NCBI GenBank assembly: GCA_051362555.1 | Contig: CM120649.1 | Location: forward strand, 12,710,001 to 12,774,000 | Source: Lingula anatina | Taxonomy: Eukaryota > Animalia > Brachiopoda | Length of the DNA: 64,000 nt | Direction of reading: 5' to 3' | In this document: positions 47,973-60,500 of the stretch, one piece after another | Position numbering within the stretch: position 1 is the first letter of the stretch | Layout of the letters: each line of letters opens with the position of its first letter | The notes under the pieces: model-generated | The model's database searches: none | What the model was told of the DNA's origin: nothing | Seen by the model: the letters and a program-made list of their open reading frames with translations, nothing else | Position numbers and translations under genes: made by a program

Positions 47973-49292
47973 CAGTGTTTCCCCTGGCTTTCAAGCTCTG
48001 TGAGGTGGTAGGCAGTCCGCGATCCCAGCAATACTAGGGGGGTCCGGGGGCATGCCCCCCCGGAAAATTTTTTAAATCGAGGTGCAATTTGGTGCATTTT
48101 AGGGTATTTAGAACTGATTTTTTTTACATTTTATGTGGCACTGAATTGTCTTGTTTTGTCTTTGAGGAGTAAATTCAGTAATGACATAACAAAGGTTTGG
48201 ACAAAATTTATTTTCCAGTCTGTGCATTCACTCAGTTTAGTCCTTTTCAGTTTATAGAACATACTCTTTCAAAAAAAAAAAAAAAAAAGCTAATACTTTC
48301 AAAAAAAAAAAAAAAGTTAACTACTTTAATACTTACAAGAAACGAGACAAAGGGCTTACTGCATTGAATTATTTTTAAATTGACCAAAAAGTTGATAAAA
48401 TATGTTGTTTTTACCGTTTTCACATTCTTGTGAAAGTAACTGGTCAATTGACTTTGCGTGTGGGAGCGCTTCATCCTAATATAAAACTGCCGCAAAAGTT
48501 TTCTCTCTTGTCGTTCAGCGCAAAGCGACTCCCGCTACTAGTTATACGTAGTTTGAGATGTAATTTATAATCAACAACTTCAAACTCCGTTAAATGAATT
48601 CTTCGGAATTAAAGAGATGAAAATCACACTTATCATCAATTTCAGTTCTTCGTTTATTCATTTATATGGTTCTATTCTGTCATGGAAATTCATATTCAAT
48701 GCATAGGTTTCCACGCGAAATACTGACGTGACCCAGTTTTACAATGTTACTGCTTTCACAAAACTCACCCGTAAATCAATAGAAAATCTTCTCCAAGTTT
48801 ATAAAATCAACGAAGTCCACTTTATTTGCTCCTTTTTTATCAGTGAATATTCGTAAACTATAAAAACAAACAACAGGCGGTCTGAATTTCGGAACATGAA
48901 GTGATAGAGAAAGTGTATTCTTGACACGTGATTAAATGGTGTCAAGAACAGTTGCCTCGTTTCGCTCTGTCTCTTATACTTCAAATCAGGCACAGAACTG
49001 CGAAAACGAGGCACTCACAGGGAGATAGTAACTGCTGGTTATTTTAAGGCATACGCGCATGCGTATCTCCGTTACTACTAAATCAAGTTCTCAGAAGCAT
49101 GGGAATACGTATGTAAACAGAAAATGCCATATTTGCTAAGAAATAAATATAATTTTCAGTTAGCATGAGTGTAAATATACTTTGTTGTTCCATATAGCCC
49201 AGCGAGGCGGTGCTTTTGACAAATTTCAGCGAGGCGCTTGCAAATATCAGCGAGGCGGGCGCCTCGCTCATTTAAGTGCAGGGGAAACACTG
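47973..49292. mobile_element. Non-autonomous hAT-like DNA transposon (1.32 kb)
   Basis: Perfect 14-bp TIRs CAGTGTTTCCCCTG / CAGGGGAAACACTG; flanking direct repeat CTGGA (5 bp); subterminal GGGGGTCCGGGGGCATGCCCCCC and three CAGCGAGGCG repeats; no transposase ORF. Confidence 0.8.
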
Positions 49293-51492
49293 CTGGATAT
49301 ACAGTTATGAAGAATTATGTGTTCTAGAATGACATGGTACACCTGAATTTTAAAAGTACGAAAATTCATGAGGCCGTCGAGGTGATAGCTTTATTCTGTG
49401 ATTAGTTCACTAAGTATATTGACTCTGTGGATAAAAGCACTGGGCTTCTTATGAACAAGTGGAACATTCTACCGGTAGATGTGAATTTTTAGCAAATTGT
49501 CCTACAGGGAAGTACATGTACTAACTAATGATATTAATGTTAATCCAACAGTTCATGACTACGTATGGAATGTGTATTTGGTGAAAAATGACTGCTCATT
49601 CTTCTTACACTTGATGTGTTTTTAAATTAAAGACAGCAGTGTGAAAAGCTAGTATATGGTATATTCAAGGATATTTGAACCTGGAATTTCAGACAACAAA
49701 ATTCCAGGTGAGAAACTGCAAAATGATGGATATTATGTATTATGACATATTTTGATACAGCTATATTGGATATGGACAAAATCAGTCCACATACTATATA
49801 TCAACATTTTAACAACACATTCAAGTTTTAAAGTGCCCAAAATTCAAGAGGCTAGCTGAGCTTGATTCTTCGAAGGTGGAATCAAATTCTGTAGATCTAT
49901 GTAATTCATCGTTGGATAAATATTGCCTTGCAAAGGAATGGCTCGATATGGGATGTTTTGTCTCTAGAGGCAATTTGACTTCTGGCTGATCATTTTGTCA
50001 ATGAGTGACTTTATTTCCTTGATGGCAAAATGTGGCATAGGTGTTCGTCGTTGATTCTAAATGTCTAAAACAATCAAAATTTTTTACTTCGGATTTTTCT
50101 TGGATGAGTGCATTTGATTTTTGTGAATGCAAACAACTGGACATCTCATTGATTTTAGGATAATATATATTTATACTGAAACCACTGAATTAGAAGATTT
50201 CTGGATTTTTCACTAGCAGAGAGCAATTGCTTTTCTTTAAAGAATTTTCATGAAATGAGGATTTCGCAGCATCCAGGTATGTAATACTTTACATATATTC
50301 ACTCACCTGTATGATAGTATGAACCAGTGCACACATGCAGTTGCATACATGCACTCAAGTATACACATATGCATGAATGCACATAATGTCCAAATATGCA
50401 CAGACTCATTTTCTAGTTGCTTTAAATTTTTTGTTAATGAATCACTTGCAAGTGACTGTCCTATTGTATAGGACAAAAAGACATGAAAGCCAGTAATCAC
50501 CTGTCACAATATATAAGGATTCTATCTAGTCCTGTGTGACATTTATCATGTTTCCTCCAGGATCTGTTCTGTTCAGTAGCATGTTAATTAATTTTAAAAT
50601 GTTTTTAGACTTAATCATAAAGAAGTCTGTTTGTAACCATCCTTACTATTATTAATATATGTCATCTCTCATTGGGTGAGGGATTGAAGGGGGGGGTAGC
50701 ACATTGAATAGTGTGATTGGTTACTAGTAAGTGTGAGATATGACATTAACACCCTCAGCGTGTTAACCTCCATATGTGTGTGCATGTGTGTGCACGCACG
50801 TGTATTCGTATATTAACAATATCAAACATGCAATATACGTTTGACACATGTATGTATTACAGCAGTATATACAGATACTGTAACCTAGACAAGTTGATTA
50901 TCTTATCAACAAGAGGGTCAGCTGACGGAAGTAATAACAAGTCTGACTGCGTTAACGAACGCATCAGTAAAACACATACACAAACAGTATTACTGTTTCC
51001 AGTGTGGGGGCACTACCATGCTTAAATGGGAGACCTGCAGGTTAAGTATAGCTTATGTTTTCAAATATTGCTTAATGAATATATTATGTTCATGGCTTCC
51101 TCAATTGGCAAGTGGTAAAGAAAAAAAAAACAATATTTTGTGCCTCTCTAAATCCGGTAGGTTACAAGAAAGTGAAAAAAAAACATGCTTCACCCAGTTA
51201 TATTCTTATCACTTGAAAGGCTTCGAGAGACTCTGTTCATGACCAGGCTTTAATATTGAGACAAGGGGAGTGAACAGGTACTCAACGAAACCTGGAAATT
51301 ACCATGGATAGGCAGGGAATTTCTGGTGATCAATCAGCCATACTGCACTTAACTGTGGTTGCTATGGTGATTTAGCTTAGATGTGTTTTAGGATAATTTT
51401 GTGGAAGGAGAGGCAGTGAGCAGTGAATGTTGGCGACACTTATTTTTTGCTTGCAAGCGTTCACTCTGTCTCTCTCTCTCTCTCTCTCTAGA

Positions 51493-51524
<32 letters not shown>

Positions 51525-52226
51525 AGCGTAAAGGATTATCAGTTTTGAAGTTTGTCTGATAAAGATATGAAAATCCTCAGTCAAAAGGCAGTGTTGGAAG
51601 TGTGTTGTCTTTTCTCAATTTTGGGAGCTGCTGCATCCTGATTAAAGCCAACACCAACATAAATCAAACCTTGAGTTATTACAGTAAATTGGCAACTGCG
51701 TATTGTTACTGTTATAGCTGTAATGAGCAGCTGTGTTCTGCAAAATCAATAATTTGTTATTGCATTGTAGTGTGACACGTTCTGTTGGCGTAGAAGGTCT
51801 GGTAGATAAAATGACCATCAGTGACGGTGGAAAAGTATCGATATTTTGATTTACTGGGGGAGCCTCAGTATTTTCCTTTTGAAGAGAGATTTGATCTTCA
51901 TCTAATGTCGGAAAATGCTATATTTGTGCTGGCAAATTAAGTTTCTGCCAGTTGGTTAATTTTTCTTTGGCAAGGATAAATTATGTTTTGTAACTTTTTC
52001 AGTTTGTCAATATTTTGGTGCAGAATATTTTGGTTGGGCTGTAATATTGTTCAGGTCTTTGGCCAGAGTGCTGTCAAAATGAAGTCAGAAATTGATGTTT
52101 TAATTAGAAGAGAAGATACATATACTAGTAAATATGTTTGTATGCAGGAGGTATGGTTGAAGGTTAATTTGTGGTTCCCATGGAAATGGAGATTACCATG
52201 CACATACATGCACACGTACACACACA

Positions 52227-52270
<44 letters not shown>

Positions 52271-52796
52271 ACCCAGCAATTTCTTATATATAGGTCTCTA
52301 AAGTAATGCACCTTTTTTATATGAAACTACACATGTTCATAGCCCCTAGATCAAAATTTGGATTCAGACCACTCCCTGCCTATAGACTTGTCATCCAATT
52401 AGGTCCAGACCATTGATTACACTTCCAACTCCCTCCTCCTTAAACATCATATTGATCGAATTTTGCAGCTTTGTTATCATGAACATGAGAAATGACAAGT
52501 TGTCTAGACACTGACTTTAGAATAACACTGGGATCCAGTAATGATAAATCTATAGGATTCTCAATAAAGTTTATCTGCAGTATAGGCATTGTTACGTACA
52601 CAGCCTCTTGATTGGATTGTCTGAAAAGTTTGATGTTGTGACGGGGGAGATTTCAAATTATATCATATTTGCTTTGGAAGATCCAATTGTGGCCTGTTTT
52701 CAGAATCCTTCAAAGGATTTTTTATCCGTAAGATTGACTCTTCTTAACGAGTTATGGGCATGGGTATTATAATTGTGGGAAAATGAAAGGTTTTTT

Positions 52797-52837
<41 letters not shown>

Positions 52838-53295
52838 AATTGTCCTATAATGGAATTTATGTCTCAAGTAATTATTTGTAGGATTTTTTTTATACTTTGT
52901 GATAAAATATCAGTCGATAAAATTAGTACAAGTTCAGAATAGAAGCAAAGAAAAAATTAGAACACAAAAATACAGTTGGATATAGTAAGATGGATAAGTA
53001 AAAATTTTGGTAAGTTGTTGTTGTTATTATTGTTATCAAATATGGCATCTGAAACTGGTTTCAAAAATAATAATAATGATAATGATAATTCTCAAGTTAC
53101 CAGGCCAATATTTTGGAATTCCCTTTCCTTGATTGAAATTTGAATTGAGCAGCTTTCTACCCACTTATAATTGTTTCTTTACCTTTAGTTACTTGTTTTT
53201 GTTTCAGACTATGACGGGGTATGATATATTTCAGCAAATGACCAAATCAGTATTTTAACTTCATGCACTTCTAGTAACTGAAAGTTACTTTAAAA

Positions 53296-53465
53296 ATATA
53301 TGTATTATTACAGACTATGTTGATGGGAGAGATGAGATGTGAGTTACTAGTAACTGTATATATTTATGATTACAGACTATGTGATGGGAGAGACGAGATG
53401 TGAGTTATCTGTAGTATATATTTATGATTACAGACTATGTGATGGGAGAGACGAGATGTGAGTTA
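53296..53465 (+). repeat. Three tandem ~60-bp copies of the acceptor and first ~30 nt of the MCF2L-like SEC14 exon
   Basis: TATATTTATGATTACAG|ACTATGTGATGGGAGAGACGAGATGTGAGTTA with exon-side starts at 53314, 53376 and 53434 (true exon); more degenerate copy near 53207. Confidence 0.9.
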
Positions 53466-55022
53466 ACAGTCCTCGATGTGGCAGAGACCCTGCAGCAGAG
53501 ATATGCTTTCATATCAGGTATTTCTTAATTAGACTTTAGGCTTAACATCTTAAAACTTCAAAAAAAGTGTGGGGTTGCATTGTTGCATGGCCATTTAGAT
53601 TGTGACTATTTTACTATTTAAAGCCATGTTTGTGAACCATAGTATATTTTAAGTTAGATTTTAGAGTTTAAAGTGAGTATGAGGCTGCATTTATATTCGA
53701 CTTGCGACTGTTTAACTTAGTGCAGCAGAGCCAGACTTTTATGTCAGGTTGAGACCTGTACATAACTGAGACTTAAAGAGTGTAAGGATACCTTTTCCAA
53801 TAAAGTTTTGATGGTTTGGTTTAGTGCAGTAGAGATGTATGCTTCACCTCAGATTCGGATTTATCTCCCCCCCCTTTCCCGATCCCCCACCTATGCCTGT
53901 GTGCAGTATTATAATAAAGCTCACTACCAAACATCTTCCTAGAGCAATTTTTTAACTGAGCTGAACCAGGGGCTCTTTCAGAATCTCAAATTAATAAAAA
54001 CAATTATATTATAACAGTCACAAAGTAAACTTACACATATAGTTGACCCAGAGCTCTCTCCCAAGCACTACAGTTAATATGTCTATATCTAATTGATTAA
54101 TTAAGCAGATTGAGATTGAATCTTCCAGTCTTGTTGTTAATTAATTATTCATTGATAATGCGCTGAGTGCAGTATGATTAATTGGCATTAAGGGATTTCC
54201 CAATCAGAGAGAAATCTTTGAATGTCCTCAACATTGTAGTGAATAAATTAATGTAATGTGTTGTGTTCCTGCACACCATTAAATGAATAGTCAATCAATA
54301 ATGTTTGATTCAAGAACAACAGAGAATCAGAATTGAGTATATCTAAGAAACCTGACATTTATTAATGATATTTTTCACCACCAGGTGGCAGGTCGAGGGA
54401 TGGCTGTCCAATCATGTCGCTGCCAGACAATCCTCACAACTCTGAAGTCACGGAACAACAGTACCAGGATGTAGTGACATACCTGTGCAGTATACCATCG
54501 TAAGAGAATTTAACTTCTCCTTTTCATTTTATAAATTAAAGGCACTCTTGCACATTGTACAGTAATCCCTCATTACATAAATTGACATAAGTAATGAATT
54601 TTTTTTGCAATTTGAACCTCTAGGAACAGATAACAATGTGTCATGGTTCATTTTGATAACTTACATATTAGTACTTGTTGTGAAAGATTGTTGGAAAGTT
54701 TTGAAATTTAAGATTTAACAAAAATAAATTACAGGTGATGAAAATTGATTTTACAATTTTGAAATGTGAAATTAAAGCAATTGTTTGGAATTTGTAAGTA
54801 ATAATCAGAATGTGAAGAGTTTCACATTTAATCTTGAAACTTTTGCTCACTGGTTGAATAATTTAAAGCATATCAGCATTTGAACTAGCACTAACAGTAC
54901 ATAACCACTTACCTACAACCATTGTGAATTTGGAAGCCATTTGAAAGATGTATTGTAAATGATCAGTGCTTTAGTCTAGTATTAACATATATTGACAGAT
55001 AGACAAATGAATACAAGTACTA

Positions 55023-55062
<40 letters not shown>

Positions 55063-57494
55063 TTATAAATGTGGCTATTTAAACACATTAACTATTAGTA
55101 ACATTGACTTATCTACCGCATTTTCTGCAGCGACATTCGTGATGTTACCCCAGGAAGGGAGAATAAGGGGTTGAGGTACTGGCTGTTACAGTAGATGTTT
55201 CTCCCCCCCTCCTATTGTTTATCAATGTGTTTGTGTGTCTGTATGTAGTTATGGATTAGAATTTCAGCAAAAAAGAAACAAAATTTAACAATCATGTGCT
55301 AGGAACCTGTGTTTTAGCCGCACACTCGAGGCCCCTTAAATTTATGATAAACGCTGCATGCCCTTCACTAGGGCTTGGTATATAAGGACCCATTACTAGG
55401 GTCTTTTTACTATAGGTATCGGTATGTGTGTTTCAGGAACTTTTTGACATTCCTGTTAAAGAGGCCCACATTTTGGTACCTGTATAAAATTAAAGATACA
55501 TATTAGTAGAGACCTTTCATTTTGGGCTCTTTTATACATCTTAGACTAAATAATGTGCCATGGGTCCCTCAACAAGACCCTGAAGTACAGCTCTGTACAT
55601 GTTCTCCTTTATAACAAATTACTACAGGTCCTGCAGTAATTTAATACATCCCTGTTTGTGTGAATGGCAATGATAGATACATTTTTAAAAATATAAATAT
55701 TTTAGAGATTTTATATTTGATCATAGATGTAAATCTTTCTGGACAAAGGCACCTGCTGCATGTTCATTAATGTGTAGTATTTCCATGCATCTCTTTTCAT
55801 TGAGCTTCACTCTAATCCTGTTATGTGTAGCTGTAATGTTTTCCATTCTCACCTAATGGCAGTCGATCATATTATATAAATGTGTATCCGTGCTTTAACG
55901 ACATTCATAGTCATTAGATATGATAGCATTGTGTTTTCTTCATTTCTCTTGCATTGTAAATGTGCCAGTAGTTTTGACTGGAATATTCTGATATGTAATA
56001 GCTTTTTGTCTGTCTTTTCATCATTTCATAAGTGTAACTAGTGCCATCCATTTATCTGTCTTATCGTCTGTGCTAAAGTGTAAACGTGTAGTGCTATTTG
56101 TCTACTACTTTTGTGTCTTTTTAGGCATATCTCTGTAATGTTCCATATTTTTTCTAAGCTACAGGTATATGTATTAGGCTTCGTTCACATGGAATGTCTA
56201 TTTTCTAAAAATCTATTTTCTATTCGTGCTATCTTATGATCACGGTCTGTGCCCTGAATATCCCGCCGCGTAATTACCTCGCGCTGCCAGTAATCACGCC
56301 ACGGGATATTCAGAAAATAGAAATAGAAAATAGAATTTAGAAAATAGACATTGCATGTGAATGAAGCCTAAGTTTAATGTTGGTGACAGTGTGGGTCCTT
56401 GTTCTCTGTGTTTATATAATAATAATAATAATATTTTTGAAATGATTATTTTTCTAAAAAATTGTAACAAGTAGATCAGAATTTTACATGAGTGCAATAA
56501 AATGATTAATATAATATTACATGTAGCCTAGGACACTGTTGCAACATGATTCTGAAACTTGTAGTTTGTTAGATGTTGTTACTTATCTTATTATATTGTT
56601 CTGAAATGTGTTTATAGGCAATTAGGAAATTGCAGTTAGGATGCAGATTTGACAAAACCATTATTTTTACATGATTATTTGATCAATTGCCATGTATGTA
56701 TATAACTCTGGTATTGTGCAAGGGGATATCCAGTCACACTGCAGGGTGCTGCCACCTGGTGTGGTAATGGAGAACTTTTGACTTCAGGGCAAATCTTTTA
56801 AATGAAGAGCTTTATTTATTGTACCACCAGCGTTAGCGCTGGCGGTACACATGGTTTCGGTCCCGTCCGGATCGTTCCGCCGGCTCCGCCGGCTCCGTTG
56901 GCTCCGCCGGCTCCGCCGGCTCCGCCGGACGGCTACCGTTACCGCTTCTCCTCCTAGACGGTAAGGGCCCCCGTACCCATCTCATGGATTTAGGTCACCT
57001 ATAATCTCAACTCGTTCCACGTAAAATTTGGGCTTTGTCGGTATTGGGGTCTGGGTGGGGCACTCATTGCAATGCACCCTTGTCTAAAAATGGCAAAATT
57101 AAATGCTAATTATCTACCCTACGGAAGGAGTTATGGGAAAAATTTCTATAGACGGCTTTCCAAAAGTCATATGTGTAGATTTCAAATATACCCTTGGATT
57201 TGACCTTTGACCTTTACTTCAAGGTCAAATGGGCCAAAATTTTCAAAAAAATGAAATTTTTACGAAAAATTTTTTTTTTGCCCTGTTATTCAGACACCAC
57301 ACAGACTTAACCAATAATATTATTGGAAGGTGTTACCCTTCAGGTCATCTTTCATCTCCATGAATTTGGGGTCAATCGGTGCATTTTCACGGGAGTAGCG
57401 GCCATAAGATACCGAAACTGAAAACTTTTTTTTTTTTTTTTTTTTATTTATTTATTTATTTTTTTATTTTTTTTTTTATTTATTTATTTTTTTT

Positions 57495-57525
<31 letters not shown>

Positions 57526-57530
57526 TTTTT

Positions 57531-57569
<39 letters not shown>

Positions 57570-60500
57570 TTTTTTTTTTATTTCAAAACAAAAAATACAA
57601 AACACTCTCACATCCATATATACATACAAGCTCTAATGGTACTTAACTGTTAAATTTCCTATCCACAAAATCACTTCCTAATTTTTTCCATTTTTTAATA
57701 AAACCATCATTATCCATATTTTTGCTATAAGTAAAGTAGTCACTTTCCATATATTGATTAATATAACTTTTTACTTTCAAGAAATCTGGGACACTTTTGG
57801 TCATTTTCTGGCAATATATAAATTTCTTAACCAGACAAATAATTAAATTTACCAAACTTTGTTTTTTTCCAAATATAATGTCAATTAAGTTTAATCTTTC
57901 TTTTATATTTAAATCATTTTCTAACCATTCTCTTACTTGTTCCCAGATTTCTGAAATTCTACCGCATTCCCAAAACAAATGAACAAAAGTTTCCTCCTCT
58001 TTTATACAAAATACACATAAATTTGATTCTACTACATTTATCCGAAATAAAAAAGAATTTGTTCCTAAGATTCTATGGACCAGTCGATATTGAAACCATC
58101 TAAGGCTCATATCATCCAACTTCTTAATCGAGTTATTCTTTTCCATCCACCATTTTTCATCGTGGTACACATTCAACTCACTTTCCCATTTTATTTCACT
58201 TTTTGGTCTAAAATACAAGCTAGTAACAAAGGTATCATATATAGGTCTTACTCCTTTTTGGTTTCTCATCAGAACTTCTAGAAATTTTGGTCCAAAGGGA
58301 ATATTCATATATATATCAATGTTTTTCTTATTTCTAATCATTTTCTCGATGCACTGTACGATACCATAAAACATTGTGAATTGAAACTGAAAACTGTCTC
58401 TAATTCGGGAACCGTTAATGCTAAAGACCCATTCTTTTTTGCATTTTGTAGAGCATGTAAAGCCCAACACTGGGGGTGGTCTCGGTTTTTTTGTATACCA
58501 TACGGTTTTCGAGTTACGCTGTATCAAAAAGTACATATTGGTGGTAAAAGCAAAATGTGCAGTACGGTAATGGATAATATATTTTGAACTCTGGAAAAAT
58601 AAAACATAAGGCTTGGCAAAGCAGACAACTTGTGTTCAAAAATGACATTATTTCATCAAATTTGAACTTCTGAAACTTCAGAGCACCTCCTATTTCAAGA
58701 ATTTTGACCAAAATGACATTTTCTTTATTTTAATTAATTTTTTCTGTACGAAATTTAAGGCACATTATGGTAACTCCAAAATTATAACATTTAGTCCCTT
58801 TTATCTCCAAAACTGGCAGAGATAGGTCCATAGTTACTATTGAAGTTGAATAGGAAGTCATATACTGGCAATCTTACTATGACCTTGAAAGTGACCTTTG
58901 ACCTACTTTACACCATAAACTGAATTTTGCAAATTTTGCTTTCCTTGTTTCTCCAAAACTGGCTGAGATAGGTCCGTAGTTACTATTGAACTTGAATAGG
59001 AAGTCATATACTGGCAATCTAAATGTGACCTTAAAATTGACCTTTGACCTACTTTTCACCATAAACTGAACTTTGCAAAATTTGCTTCCCTTTTATCTCC
59101 AAAACTGGCTGAGATAGGTCCATAGTTACTATTGAACTTGAATAGGAAGTCATATACTGGCAATCTAAATGTGACCTTGAAATTGACCTTTGACCTACTT
59201 TACACCATAAACTGAATTTTGCAAATTTTGCTTTCCTTGTTTCTCCAAAACTGGCTGAGATAGGTCCGTAGTTACTATTGAACTTGAATAGGAAGTCATA
59301 TACTGGCAATCTAAATGTGACCTTAAAATTGACCTTTGACCTACTTTTCACCATAAACTGAACTTTGCAAATTTTGCTTCCCTTTTATCTCCAAAACTGG
59401 CAGAGATAGGTCCATAGTTACTATTGAACTTGAATAGGAAGTCATATACTGGCAATCTAAATGTGACCTTAAAATTGACCATTGACCTACTTTATACCAT
59501 GAACTGAATTTTGCAAATTTTGCTTTCCTTTTATCTCCAAAACTGGCTGAGATAGGTCTGTAGTTACTATTGAACTTGAATAGGAAGTCATATACTGGCA
59601 ATCTAAATGTGACCTCAAAATTGACCTTTGACCTACTTTACACCATGAACTGAACTTTGCAAATTTTTTTTCCCTTTTATCTCCAAAACTGGCTGAGATA
59701 GGTCCGTAGTTACTATTGAACTTGAATAGGAAGTCATATACTGGCAATCTAAATGTGACCTCAAAATTGACCTTTGACCTACTTTACACCATAAACTGAA
59801 TTTTGCAAATTTTGCTTTCCTTGTTTCTCCAAAACTGGCTGAGATAGGTCTGTAGTTACTATTGAACTTGAATAGGAAGTCATATACTGGCAATCTAAAT
59901 GTGACCTTAAAATTGACCTTTGACCTACTTTTCACCATAAACTGAACTTTGCAAAATTTGCTTCCCTTTTATCTCCAAAACTGGCAGAGATAGGTCCATA
60001 GTTACTATTGAACTTGAATAGGAAGTCATATACTGGCAATCTAAATGTGACCTTAAAATTGACCTTTGACCTACTTTACACCATAAACTGAATTTTGCAA
60101 ATTTTGCTTTCCTTGTATCTCCAAAACTGGCTGAGATAGGTCCGTAGTTACTATTGAACTTGAATAGGAAGTCATATACTGGCAATCTAAATGTGACCTT
60201 GAAATTGACCTTTGACCTACTTTTCACCATGAACTGAACTTTGCAAATTTTGCTTTCCTTTTATCTCCAAAACTGGCTGAGATAGGTCCATAGTTACTAT
60301 TGAACTTGAATAGGAAGTCATATACTGGCAATCTAAATGTGACCTTAAAATTGACCTTTGACCTACTTTTCACCATAAACTGAACTTTGCAAATTTGGCT
60401 TCCCTTTTATCTCCAAAACTGGCAGAGATAGGTCCATAGTTACTATTGAACTTGAATAGGAAGTCATATACTGGCAATCTAAATGTGATCTTGAAATTGA

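Noticed and set aside
57643-58536. 297-aa ORF as a host gene or novel fusion protein
   Set aside because: It is the truncated LINE ORF2 tail read through by chance into antisense HINE core beyond the TSD; RT and endonuclease domains are absent.
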